From positions 18,481 to 82,480 of the forward strand of contig DASRTD010000076.1 in NCBI GenBank assembly GCA_035656115.1: DNA of 64,000 nt, in the 5' to 3' direction. Position 1 is the first letter of the stretch; every line of letters begins with the position of its first letter. Made by a program: the position numbers and the translations under genes. Shown here in pieces: positions 19,680 through 29,092 of this stretch. Origin of the DNA: Mucilaginibacter sp. Lineage in GTDB: Bacteria > Bacteroidota > Bacteroidia > Sphingobacteriales > Sphingobacteriaceae. Below the pieces are notes generated by a model. It saw nothing but the letters and a program-made list of their open reading frames with translations, made no database searches and was not told the origin of the DNA.

Positions 19680-19790
19680 AGTAAAAAGCCCCGGAGCTTT
19701 TGACTCCGGGGCTTTAGAAGCGGTCCAGGTAATCGTCTCGTTAATTACAATCCAGATCACAGATCGTTTCATAGCTTTGTTTCCCTAATG
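19680..19790 (-). ncRNA. Candidate small RNA, possibly 6S-like (6S-Flavo type), ending in an intrinsic terminator
   Basis: Intergenic. Minus strand GAAACGATCTGTGATCTGGATTGTAATTAACGAGACGATTACCTGGACCGCTTC can fold as an interrupted hairpin, followed by a 12-bp terminator stem. Family assignment is from memory only. Confidence 0.45.
19685..19715 (-). terminator. Intrinsic terminator
   Basis: Perfect 12-bp stem AAAGCCCCGGAG/CTCCGGGGCTTT, 7-nt loop, T-run on the minus strand. Confidence 0.85.
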
Positions 19791-19899
19791 ATGCGGGTAA
19801 CAAGCGAATTCCACAAACATTCGCCAAAAAAATTTAACGACCGCCCGGTACTTGTTTTTTACAACAATTTCACTACATTTATTTCAAATAAACTTTGTC

Positions 19900-21084
19900 G
19901 TGAAAAAACTTATCCTAATCCACTTTCTTGCGCTGTTGAGTTTAAATTTAATGGCATCGGCTACCCCTGACTCCGTTGTCACCAGCGCTTATGCCGAAGG
20001 CAGTACAGCAACCATGTCGGCCGGTATCGGCGATGTCCTGGTCGTGCATGTTAAAAACCTGGACATTGCTAAAATGCCGGGAAACACCATCAAACAGATC
20101 AGGCTTTTTATCAACAGCATGGAAATAGTGGACTCGGCGCCGATGGGCTGGTGCCAGCAGGGCGATGGCTCCGATGTTAAATTTTTGCTTGACCGGACCG
20201 AGGCAAATGACAAAACATGGAATACGATTCTTGGTTACCCGGAGCTGGGCAAGGGATTTTTTAAGCTGGATGTAGGTGTTAGCATCGGGCTTACCGGGCA
20301 AACCTGCTGGCCTACAACCATCGATGCGACCAATAAGGATAAAGCTTTTCATTTTGTAAGGATATACAGCAACTGGTTTTGGTTTTGCCTGGTGATTGTG
20401 ATTGTTTATTTCGCGGTATTTTTTACTTACGCGAAAAAGACACCGATGCTTCGCGATGCCCCTGCCGATCTGAGCCCGCTGGGTATTCCGGGCTTAGATG
20501 CCGGCAATGCGCCATTCAGCCTCGGAAAAGTACAAATGGCCTTTTGGTTTTCGATTGTGGTGACTTCCTATCTTTTTATCTGGCTGATAACCGGCGATTA
20601 TGAGCTGATCACGCCCGGGACGCTTGTACTGATCGGCATAGGCGCGGGGACCGCGCTGGGGGCCGTCAGCATAAATAATAACAAATCGAGCGGGACGGTA
20701 AAACAAATACAGGACCTGCAGGCACAGCAATCCGAGCTACAACAAGCGACTGCACTGCTGGGCGCAGCCCCGGGCCCCGGGGTGGATGGAAAGATAGCCT
20801 ATAATAATTTTTTAGACCACCAATTATCTACCAAAATTAATAAGCTGATAGACAGCCTGACGCAAGGGAAAGATAATTTTATAAACGACATACTTACGGA
20901 CGAGAACGGAGTCAGCTTTCATCGCCTGCAGATGGTAGTATTCACGGCGGTATTGGGGCTTGTTTTTATTTACGAGGTTTGGGCAAATTTAACTATGCCC
21001 GATTTCTCGCCAACGTTGCTGACCATGCAGGGCATAACCGCGGGCACTTACCTGGGCTTTAAAATTCCTGAAAAACAGAGTTGA
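19900..21084 (+). CDS. Uncharacterised membrane protein: signal peptide, soluble domain, internally duplicated TM module
   Basis: GTG start at 19900 gives a signal peptide (ORF track start 19852); two similar modules SLGKVQMAFW..LIGIGAGTALG and SFHRLQMVVF..MQGITAGTYLG. Confidence 0.75.
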   Translation: MKKLILIHFLALLSLNLMASATPDSVVTSAYAEGSTATMSAGIGDVLVVHVKNLDIAKMPGNTIKQIRLFINSMEIVDSAPMGWCQQGDGSDVKFLLDRTEANDKTWNTILGYPELGKGFFKLDVGVSIGLTGQTCWPTTIDATNKDKAFHFVRIYSNWFWFCLVIVIVYFAVFFTYAKKTPMLRDAPADLSPLGIPGLDAGNAPFSLGKVQMAFWFSIVVTSYLFIWLITGDYELITPGTLVLIGIGAGTALGAVSINNNKSSGTVKQIQDLQAQQSELQQATALLGAAPGPGVDGKIAYNNFLDHQLSTKINKLIDSLTQGKDNFINDILTDENGVSFHRLQMVVFTAVLGLVFIYEVWANLTMPDFSPTLLTMQGITAGTYLGFKIPEKQS

Positions 21085-21092
21085 TAGGTTTG

Positions 21093-21980
21093 CTATTCTT
21101 TCAAAAACGATTCAACCAGCGTCGCGGCAACTTCGGCCAGTTTGCTGCCTTCCGTGCCACTGCCAACCTCGCCGATCAGGAAGCCATGCGTACCGGGAAG
21201 AATAGCCAATTGGGCGCCCGGCACTAACCTTGACATTTGGACGGTGTGTGCCGGTATGACAACATCTTTATCGGACGACATAAACAACGCCGGCGCCTTT
21301 ATGCCTTCCAATTCCTCATCCGGCCAGTCCTTAAAGGTTTCCATGCGCTGCACATCTTTTTCAAACATTACCTGCAGTTTATTTCGATCAGGTGTTACCG
21401 CCAGGAAATCGGCTTGCAACGGCGCGGGCATGTTGGCTAAAGTGGCGTGCGCAAAACCATCAAAAAAACCGGGGATAAACCCATCTCTGCGGTAGGCGCC
21501 GGAAATAACGACGATTTTATTAACCATCTCCGGGTGACGGATGGCAATTTTCAGCGTGGTGCTTGCGCCATTGCTGAAACCGAGGATATTGGCTTTGTTT
21601 ACTTTGAGATATTTCAACAAGGTAGCTACGTCGTCGGCATCCTGCGCAAATGATTCGGGTGCATCCCGGTCGCTGGTGCGGCCATGGGCCTGCAGTTCAA
21701 GGGCGATGATCTTATTATCTTTGGATAACAATGGCAGCAGCGTGCCGAAGGATGATTGTATGGTTGAGCCGCCGCCGTGGATAAGCACCAGCGGCATATC
21801 GCCTTTGCCATGTATTTCGTAATACATGCTTATGCCGTTTACCGGGGCATAGCCTGATGTTTTTTGCTGTTCCATAGCCGTTGCTTTTTGTGCGGTTACT
21901 AAAAATGAATGTGTTATAAGCAGTAAAACAACCGCCACGCAATTTAACCTGCGGATGATGTGCGCATATGGCCGGTTCAT
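21093..21980 (-). CDS. Alpha/beta hydrolase, probably exported
   Basis: LVLIHGG, ELQAHGRT, nucleophile GFSNG, LPGTHG; ATGA overlap with the upstream gene. Confidence 0.88.
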   Translation of the reverse strand: MNRPYAHIIRRLNCVAVVLLLITHSFLVTAQKATAMEQQKTSGYAPVNGISMYYEIHGKGDMPLVLIHGGGSTIQSSFGTLLPLLSKDNKIIALELQAHGRTSDRDAPESFAQDADDVATLLKYLKVNKANILGFSNGASTTLKIAIRHPEMVNKIVVISGAYRRDGFIPGFFDGFAHATLANMPAPLQADFLAVTPDRNKLQVMFEKDVQRMETFKDWPDEELEGIKAPALFMSSDKDVVIPAHTVQMSRLVPGAQLAILPGTHGFLIGEVGSGTEGSKLAEVAATLVESFLKE

Positions 21981-22435
21981 TTCATGCCGCTTAAATATAC
22001 CCCCAATTTTTCTATATTCTGCTCAAGCCCCTTATCGGCCTTGTACGTTTTTACCACCTGCAAAAACACTTCAGCCGATTCAAACAACATATGCCACTTC
22101 AACAAAGTTTGCTCGCCCAGGTCTTCAAACTCAACCGTTGTCAGGAAATTCGGGTATGAAAGATGTTCGTAAACGATCTTTTTGAGCGGCACCACTTCCC
22201 TGAATATGCTTTTATTATCAAAGTCGGTGCCATCCGGGCCGTGCATAACCAGGTTCCACTCGCCGCCGGGGTGCATATCCATTTTGCTGATGGTAGTGGT
22301 GAAGCCATCCGGTCCCCACCAGTTTGCAATATGTTCGGCATGGGACCATGCCTCCCAAACCAGTTCAACCGGTGCGTTCAGTTTTCTCGATATAAGCAGT
22401 TCCCTGTCTTTGGTGTCAGTCATTTTGGTTTCCAT
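21977..22435 (-). CDS. SRPBCC / AHSA1-like domain protein
   Basis: LLISRKLNAPVELVWEAW and WWGPDGF; start moved to METK at 22435. Confidence 0.88.
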   Translation of the reverse strand: METKMTDTKDRELLISRKLNAPVELVWEAWSHAEHIANWWGPDGFTTTISKMDMHPGGEWNLVMHGPDGTDFDNKSIFREVVPLKKIVYEHLSYPNFLTTVEFEDLGEQTLLKWHMLFESAEVFLQVVKTYKADKGLEQNIEKLGVYLSGMK

Positions 22436-22757
22436 ATTTTTCTTTTTTGAGTTTTTCCAAATAAGTTTCCAGTGCATCCAGCTTGCTTTCCCAGTGCTTG
22501 CGGTACTGATCGACCCAGGCAGATACCTCGCTCAGTTTATCCAATTGTGCTTCGCAATACCTGTCGCGACCCTGTTTTTTTACCGTTATCAGGCCGCAAT
22601 CCATCAAAACTTTAATATGCAGCGAAATAGCCTGTCGGGTAACGTCAAATTTGTCGGCAATAGCATTTACATTTTGGGGCTGCGTGGCTATCATGTCAAT
22701 GATCACCCGCCTGGTGGGATCGGCTATGGCCTGGTATACGTCTCGTCTGGCTATCAT
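22416..22757 (-). CDS. ArsR/SmtB family transcriptional regulator
   Basis: RRDVYQAIADPTRR, VTRQAISLHIKVL and KQGRDRYC; start moved to 22757. Confidence 0.9.
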   Translation of the reverse strand: MIARRDVYQAIADPTRRVIIDMIATQPQNVNAIADKFDVTRQAISLHIKVLMDCGLITVKKQGRDRYCEAQLDKLSEVSAWVDQYRKHWESKLDALETYLEKLKKEKYGNQND

Positions 22758-22762
22758 AATAC

Positions 22763-22804
22763 GCAAGTAAGTGCTTGCAAATATATATGCAAGTATTTGC
22801 TTGC
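22763..22804 (-). promoter_or_regulatory. Double ArsR operator flanking the -7 promoter box
   Basis: GCAAG-N6-CTTGC at 22763..22778 and 22789..22804 (26-bp spacing); TATATTTG on the minus strand at 22778..22785. Confidence 0.7.
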
Positions 22805-22933
22805 GCAAATTTTTTTGAATTTTTTTTTAAGATAGTAATTGAACGATTTGGATTATTTTCGTTCTGAAACCAAATGCAACGGCAACGTTTGTTTATCCGT
22901 TCACGTCCTGTACTTACAAACCGCGCATTCAAA

Positions 22934-23683
22934 ATGAAAACCAATCAAATCTTTCAAAAATTCCTCATCGCCAGCAACATGGCAATGATTGCGTTCATCG
23001 TCTTCATCTTGTTGAATGGCTTTAAAAGAGTGGACGACCATCCCCATTTTACCGAGGTAGATGCCGAGCGCATTAATATCATTGGCGAAAACGGTAAACC
23101 GGTGTTGGTGCTATCCAACAAAAAGCATATCCCGGGGCCATCGATGAATGGGAAAAGCTATTCGCCGGATGTGATTGACGGGCGGAAATACTTTGCCGGC
23201 ATGGTGTTTTTTAACGAACAGGGCGATGAAGTGGGTGGCCTGATCTATGCCGGCATTAAGAAAGATTCGGTCAACTATTCATCAGTCGCGCATTTGTCGT
23301 TCGATCAGTGGAAACAAAACCAGGTGCTGGCGCTGGATTATAACGATAACGGCAAGAGCCGGTTCGCCGGTCTGCGGGTATGGGACCGGCCAGCGAATGT
23401 TCAGATGGACAAGCAACTCGATTTGCTGCAACTGATGGTGGCCAGCAAAACCGACAACCATAAAGTTGATTCGATCAGGAAGCTGCTGGTTGACGCCCAA
23501 AACAAAGGCGAAAACGGCGTGGAACGGTTATTTATCGGCAGCAGGGACCAGGTAGCGCAGATACAGTTGAAAGACAAAAACGGCGTGGTAAAGGCAAGGC
23601 TGTACGTAGATAATGCCACCAATGAAGCGAAACTGGAATTTTATAATGAAAAGGGAGAAGTGACCGGTACGTTCCCGAAATAG
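22934..23683 (+). CDS. Hypothetical protein with N-terminal membrane anchor
   Basis: Long ORF with one N-terminal hydrophobic helix; start moved to MKTNQ at 22934. Confidence 0.75.
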   Translation: MKTNQIFQKFLIASNMAMIAFIVFILLNGFKRVDDHPHFTEVDAERINIIGENGKPVLVLSNKKHIPGPSMNGKSYSPDVIDGRKYFAGMVFFNEQGDEVGGLIYAGIKKDSVNYSSVAHLSFDQWKQNQVLALDYNDNGKSRFAGLRVWDRPANVQMDKQLDLLQLMVASKTDNHKVDSIRKLLVDAQNKGENGVERLFIGSRDQVAQIQLKDKNGVVKARLYVDNATNEAKLEFYNEKGEVTGTFPK

Positions 23684-23689
23684 GTTCCT

Positions 23690-24274
23690 TTAACCGGCGC
23701 TATTCAAAAACGCCACTAATTTTTCGACCGCTCTTGCCCGGTGACTGATGCTGTTTTTTTGTTCGAGCGTCATTTCGGCGAAAGTCAGGTTGTAACCCTC
23801 CGGCTGAAAAATAGGATCGTAGCCGAAGCCTGCATTACCAGCCCGCTCGTGGCGAATAGTCCCTTCTACCGTCCCCTCAAAAAAATGCTCTTCGTCATTC
23901 CAGATCAGGGATATTACCGTACGGAACCGGGCCCCGCGGTTAGGGTTATCGCCAAGCTCTCTGAGCAGTTTATTCATATTAGCGCTATGATCGCCGTACT
24001 TGCCTGAATAACGGGCCGAATGCACGCCCGGCTGGCCATCCAGGGCGTCAACCTCCAGGCCGCTGTCGTCGGCAAAACAATTTACCTTATATTTTTGGTG
24101 TACGTGATGACTTTTGATGGAAGCATTGTCGCGCATGGTTTGCCCTATTTCAGGGATGTCATCGTAGCAGCCGATATCGTCGAGGCTTAAAATTTTTAAC
24201 CGGTCTTTTATCTTGTCTGCAACCTCGTGCAGTTTGTGAGGGTTGTTGGTGGCGAATACTAACTGCTGCTTCAT
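23690..24274 (-). CDS. rdgB: Non-canonical purine NTP pyrophosphatase (RdgB/HAM1)
   Basis: FATNNPHK, FADDSGLEVDAL, GFGYDPIF and ISHRARA motifs. Confidence 0.95.
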   Translation of the reverse strand: MKQQLVFATNNPHKLHEVADKIKDRLKILSLDDIGCYDDIPEIGQTMRDNASIKSHHVHQKYKVNCFADDSGLEVDALDGQPGVHSARYSGKYGDHSANMNKLLRELGDNPNRGARFRTVISLIWNDEEHFFEGTVEGTIRHERAGNAGFGYDPIFQPEGYNLTFAEMTLEQKNSISHRARAVEKLVAFLNSAG

Positions 24275-24790
24275 TTAAAATAGTTTCATCGCTTCCCAAA
24301 AGGCTTTTTTGTTTTCCACGTTGTCCATCATTTCGTCAAAACTAAAAGTAACCAGGGCATGCACTTCGTCAACTTGTTGAGCTTTGTTAGGATGAATCGC
24401 ATCTGTGGAAGCAGGCATCGCCTGGTTGCCCAGGATCAGTACTTTTTTCGGTTTAAAAAAACCGGTTATCTGTTTAAATTTCGCTTCCGGATAATGCGCC
24501 AGGTTAAAAATGGCGGTATCATCCAGCTCATACCCCAGGCGTTTCAGGGTACTTTCCAGGGCGGTCAGGTGTCCGGCTTCCATAAAATCCAGGCCGGGGT
24601 AGTACGTAATGATCAAATACTGTTTTTTATGCCTGCCGAGGTACTTAAACACCGGTTCAGGCGTTTTTTCAACGATAAGGACTTCAGGCGCAGCCAGCTC
24701 TTTTTTTTTGATAGCCTGTTTATCTGCGGCAAGCAGGTAAATATCGTCCTGCAAAATAAAATGGTATGCTAATGGGTTTTCGACGTTCAT
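24275..24790 (-). CDS. Conserved hypothetical protein
   Basis: 171-aa ORF whose stop directly abuts the rdgB start; ends KKAFWEAMKLF. Confidence 0.7.
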   Translation of the reverse strand: MNVENPLAYHFILQDDIYLLAADKQAIKKKELAAPEVLIVEKTPEPVFKYLGRHKKQYLIITYYPGLDFMEAGHLTALESTLKRLGYELDDTAIFNLAHYPEAKFKQITGFFKPKKVLILGNQAMPASTDAIHPNKAQQVDEVHALVTFSFDEMMDNVENKKAFWEAMKLF

Positions 24791-24983
24791 TCGTGGGTGG
24801 GCGGCGCTACTTTAACAAATTTTAACAAAAGTAGCTAAACAGTTTGAAGCATTATCAGCATATTCGCACAATTATAGGTGGCCCTGATCATTAACAAACG
24901 ATGGGGGCCGCATTATTCATAAATTTTACCGAAATTCGGCCTTTTTATTGCTCCCCGGCGGAGCAGGTTAACAGTAAAGATAC

Positions 24984-26378
24984 ATGAGAAAGATTGGGGT
25001 TGCCCTTTTAAGTTTAACGTTATGGCTGTCGGCCGCTGCACAGGCGCAGCCGAAAGTGCATAACCTGGATAAGATTGCCGCGGTGGTAGGCGGAAGCATT
25101 ATTTTGCAGTCGGACATTGAATTAAAGTACGCCACTTACCTGGCGCAGGGCAATCCGCCCGACCCTTCGGTAAAATGCCAGATCGCGCAGAGTTTTATTA
25201 CCCAGAAACTGCTGGCAGCGCAAGCTATTATCGACAGTATCGATGTAAAAGATGATGAAGTTGATAACGATATCGACCGCAGGATGCGCGGCATGATACA
25301 GCGCGCAGGCGGCCAGGACAGGCTGGAGACTTTTTTGGGCCGTTCGATCATCCAGTACAAAGACGAGATACGCCCCGATATAAAAGAAGAGCTGGTTGCA
25401 CAAAAGATGCAGCAAAAAATTACTGCCGACATCAACACAACTCCTGAAGACGTTAAGCAGTTTTTTAATAAAATACCAAAAGACAGCCTGCCTACTTTTA
25501 ATAAAGAAGTTGAGGTGGGCGAAATACAATTTAACCCGCATTTAACCGAGGCCGAGAAAGCCGCATTCAAGCAAAAGGCGCAGGACTTGCTGGACAGGAT
25601 AAAAAAGGGTGAGGATTTTGGCGCCCTGGCGCGTCTTTACTCGCAGGACCCGACGACGGCAATACAGGGAGGCGACCTTGGATTTGCCGACCGCAGTTCC
25701 TACGTGAAGGAATTTGCCGCCTGGGCGTTCAGGCTAAAGGCCGGCGAGTATTCGCCGGTGTTCGAAACGGATTATGGCTTTCACTTTCTGCAGGTGATCG
25801 AGCGGCGCGGCGAACAGGTGCACGTGCGCCATATCCTGATCATCCCAGCCACTACACCGGCAAGTTTGGATCGTGCAAAGGCAAAGGCCGACAGCGTGTA
25901 CGATTTTATGGTAAAAAATAAGAAGATCGATTTTTCAACGGCCGCCGCATATTACTCGGACAATAAAGACACAAAATACAATGGCGGCATGCTGTTAAAT
26001 GCCGACAACGTGGAGACGCGCTCTACGTTTATACCGACCGACAGGCTGGACCCACAGGTAGCGCTGATGACCGACACCATGAAAATAGGCGGCATTTCCA
26101 GACCGGCCTTGTTTACCGGCTCCGATGGTAAAAAAAGCTATAAGATCATTTACCTGAAATCGAGCACCAATGCCCATAAGGCGAGCCTTGAGCAGGACTA
26201 CCCTAAAATAAAAGAATCTGCGACCAACGACAAGATCAACCGAAAGCTGAGCGAATGGTTTGAGAAGAAGAGAAAACAAACGTTTATCAAGATTGACCCT
26301 GAATACCAGGTGTGTTCGCAGATGAAGGGCTGGGCAACCCCGGTTGATAACAGCGTTAATGCCGAAGTTAAACCTTAA
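24984..26378 (+). CDS. surA: SurA-like periplasmic peptidyl-prolyl isomerase
   Basis: Signal peptide; LDKIAAVVG (SurA N-domain); parvulin motifs YSQDP..GGDLG and FETDYGFH. Confidence 0.88.
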   Translation: MRKIGVALLSLTLWLSAAAQAQPKVHNLDKIAAVVGGSIILQSDIELKYATYLAQGNPPDPSVKCQIAQSFITQKLLAAQAIIDSIDVKDDEVDNDIDRRMRGMIQRAGGQDRLETFLGRSIIQYKDEIRPDIKEELVAQKMQQKITADINTTPEDVKQFFNKIPKDSLPTFNKEVEVGEIQFNPHLTEAEKAAFKQKAQDLLDRIKKGEDFGALARLYSQDPTTAIQGGDLGFADRSSYVKEFAAWAFRLKAGEYSPVFETDYGFHFLQVIERRGEQVHVRHILIIPATTPASLDRAKAKADSVYDFMVKNKKIDFSTAAAYYSDNKDTKYNGGMLLNADNVETRSTFIPTDRLDPQVALMTDTMKIGGISRPALFTGSDGKKSYKIIYLKSSTNAHKASLEQDYPKIKESATNDKINRKLSEWFEKKRKQTFIKIDPEYQVCSQMKGWATPVDNSVNAEVKP

Positions 26379-26381
26379 AAT

Positions 26382-27344
26382 ATGCAACACCGCTCGGAAG
26401 TAGAGGCCGCTGACGCTTTAGGAAACGCCTATAAGCAAATAACCGCTGAGATAGGCAAAGTTATTATCGGGCAGGAAGACGTGGTGAAATCGGTGCTGAT
26501 CTCTATTTTCAGCAACGGGCACTGCCTGCTGGTGGGTGTGCCCGGCTTAGCCAAAACGCTGTTGGTGCAAACGGTTGCCCAGGTGCTCGACCTCGACTTT
26601 AAGCGCATACAGTTTACGCCAGACCTGATGCCGTCTGATATTATCGGCTCTGAGATTTTGGGCGAGGACCGCAACTTTAAATTTATCCCAGGCCCGGTGT
26701 TTGCCAATATTATCCTGGCTGATGAAATAAACCGGACACCACCAAAGACCCAGGCAGCCCTGTTGGAAGCCATGCAGGAAAAGGCGGTTACCGCCGCAGG
26801 TATCACCCACAAACTGGCACAGCCTTTTTTTGTGCTGGCTACGCAGAATCCAATAGAGCAGGAGGGTACGTACCCGCTGCCCGAAGCGCAACTTGACCGG
26901 TTTATGTTTAATGTCGCGCTGGATTACCCCACCTTTAAAGAGGAATTGCAGGTAGTTAAAAATACAACCAGCATGCACAAGCAGGAAGTAAACAAGCTGC
27001 TGAATGCTGAACAGATCATCTACTTTCAACAATTGGTGCGCAATATACCGGTGACTGATAATGTGCTGGAATATGCCGTAAGGCTGGTAGCCAAAACCCG
27101 CCCCAATGGCGAAATGGCCGCCCCGCAGGTAAAACGCCTCATCAACTGGGGCGCCGGGCCGCGCGCTTCGCAATTTCTTATTTTAGGGGCGAAGTGCCAT
27201 GCCGTGATCAACGGCAAATACTCGCCTGATATTGAGGACGTGCAGGCTATTGCAAAGCCTATACTTAGGCACCGTATCGTTCGTAGTTACCACGCCGAGG
27301 CAGAGGGTTTATCTACGGATAATATTATCGAGCAGCTTTTCTGA
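26382..27344 (+). CDS. MoxR family AAA+ ATPase
   Basis: GVPGLAKT, RIQFTPDLMPSD, DEINRTPPKTQAALL and YPLPEAQLDRF motifs. Confidence 0.93.
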   Translation: MQHRSEVEAADALGNAYKQITAEIGKVIIGQEDVVKSVLISIFSNGHCLLVGVPGLAKTLLVQTVAQVLDLDFKRIQFTPDLMPSDIIGSEILGEDRNFKFIPGPVFANIILADEINRTPPKTQAALLEAMQEKAVTAAGITHKLAQPFFVLATQNPIEQEGTYPLPEAQLDRFMFNVALDYPTFKEELQVVKNTTSMHKQEVNKLLNAEQIIYFQQLVRNIPVTDNVLEYAVRLVAKTRPNGEMAAPQVKRLINWGAGPRASQFLILGAKCHAVINGKYSPDIEDVQAIAKPILRHRIVRSYHAEAEGLSTDNIIEQLF

Positions 27345-27797
27345 TCAATCCCAAACATAGCGTTCGTCATATTCAATTGCATACTTTTCAAGAATTTCCC
27401 GGAATTCATCCTGGAACGTTCTCTTACTATGGTGCGCATGCTGATTAGCGATATACCGGCTCACCGTATTAACCCCGTCTGGGTTTACTGAAAAGGCGCC
27501 GTACCCATCCTGCCAGTAAAAATTTTGCAGCGAAGGATCAAGTGTTTTTACCCATTTGGATGAATGTGACTTAACCTCTTCGAGTAATTTCATCAGCGCT
27601 ATTTTTTTGGATAACATGCAGAGGATATGCACATGATCGGTATAACCGCCGATTTTTATGGGATGACATTCCAGGTTTTTGCAGATGCCGCCTAAGTAGC
27701 CGTGTAAATCGGCTTCATAAGGAGCCTGAATAAGTGGCTGCCTGTATTTAGTGCTAAAAACCATGTGCATGTAGTTTTTTACAAGTGATTGGCCCAT
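27345..27797 (-). mobile_element. tnpA: IS200/IS605-family HUH (Y1) transposase, no TnpB
   Basis: HMVFSTKYR, HUH motif DHVH, WQDGYGAFSV, catalytic Tyr in YIANQ..HH. Confidence 0.9.
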
Positions 27798-27822
27798 GGT
27801 TGTATTGGTTATTGTTTATTAA

Positions 27823-27973
27823 TTGCGATGGGCTACACCATCGCAAACATATATCGCCCTTTCAGGGCTTTTTTTATTTTCTTAAGCCCTGAAAGGGCGG
27901 TCTATATCTGCACAGGGCTTCGCCCTGTGCTAAAGATAAAAATTAGTTTTATAGCCCTGAAAGGGCGATATAT
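27823..27973. repeat. Palindromic REP-like cluster upstream of tnpA
   Basis: Perfect 21-bp inverted pair ATATATCGCCCTTTCAGGGCT (27849..27869 / 27953..27973); third AGCCCTGAAAGGGCG at 27885..27899; hairpins at 27823..27846 and 27910..27930. Confidence 0.85.
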
Positions 27974-27999
27974 CAAATGGCCACCATGCCGTTTTATCC

Positions 28000-29019
28000 C
28001 TAATTCCCCCTCACCATCTTCTCCAGCGCATCTATCCAGGTAGGCGAATCATTCAAACTTTCCACCAGTTGAATATGCTCGCCGCCTAAGGCCTTAAACT
28101 CCGCGCCGTATTCTTCGGTTACTTCGTAAACCGTTTCCAGGCAGTCGGCCACGAATGCAGGGCAAAATACTAACAGGCGTTTTTTGCCTTCTTTGGCCAG
28201 TTTAGCTACTACCTCGCTGGTATAAGGTTGTACCCAGGGGTCTTTGCCCAGTCGGGACTGGAAGCAAATGGTGTATTTTTCTTTGGCGATATTCAGTTTT
28301 TCGGCAATTAACCGGGCAGTATCATGTGATTGGGCCGAGTAGCAGAATTTATTGGTATCGTTCAATGTTTTGCAACAGTCGCCAACCTTGAGGCAATACT
28401 TGCCGGTATGATCGCACTTGATCAGCTGTCTTTGCGGGAGGCCATGGAAGCTGAACAGGATGTGATCGTAAGTTTCGGGTTGATACTTTTTGGCATTATT
28501 GGCAAAAGTTTCGATCATCAATTCATTGTCGTGAAATGAGTTGGCAAACGAAATGGAAGGGATTGTTGGCCATTTGCTTACAATTTCCATCACTTTTTCA
28601 TGAACAGAGCCGGTACTTGCCGATGCATATTGAGGAAAAAGGGCGATCACCTGGATGTTTTCGACCAAAGCTTCTTTTAGCCGTGCCAATGCCGATGCGA
28701 TGGAAGGACTTTGATAACGCATGGCCAGTTCAACCTGGTATTGCTCACCCAGGCGTTCCCTTAGCATTTTTAACTGGAGTTTGCTATAATGCAACAAGGG
28801 AGAGCCGGTTTCATCGCTCCAGATATGCTTGTAAAGCTTCGCTGATTTTGGGCTCCTGAACGGAACAATAATGCCTTTCACTAATAAGGCCCTCGATACA
28901 GGGCTGATATCGATTACCCGGGGGTCCATTAAAAATTCATCCAGGTAACGGCGCACATCCTTCGTTTCGGGACTATCGGGCGTACCCAGGTTAACCAGTA
29001 AAATTCCTTTTCTTGACAT
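28000..29019 (-). CDS. hemH: Ferrochelatase
   Basis: LLVNLGTPDSP, FSFHGLP, FQSRLG and FVADCLET motifs. Confidence 0.96.
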   Translation of the reverse strand: MSRKGILLVNLGTPDSPETKDVRRYLDEFLMDPRVIDISPVSRALLVKGIIVPFRSPKSAKLYKHIWSDETGSPLLHYSKLQLKMLRERLGEQYQVELAMRYQSPSIASALARLKEALVENIQVIALFPQYASASTGSVHEKVMEIVSKWPTIPSISFANSFHDNELMIETFANNAKKYQPETYDHILFSFHGLPQRQLIKCDHTGKYCLKVGDCCKTLNDTNKFCYSAQSHDTARLIAEKLNIAKEKYTICFQSRLGKDPWVQPYTSEVVAKLAKEGKKRLLVFCPAFVADCLETVYEVTEEYGAEFKALGGEHIQLVESLNDSPTWIDALEKMVRGN

Positions 29020-29092
29020 AAGTGTGCAAAAATAGTAATTAGCGCTTAGAGATTAGGGACTGTTTGTTATGCGAAGGTAAGAATGCGCTTAC

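Noticed and set aside
24701-24709. Poly-A9 tracts in coding sequence (also near 57068) as phase-variation switches
   Set aside because: The tracts are short, in frame (Lys-Lys-Lys) and expected in AT-rich codons; the ORFs are intact.
27345-27999. TnpB or an omega-RNA system associated with tnpA
   Set aside because: No RuvC/Zn-finger ORF lies nearby; the flanks are moxR and hemH.
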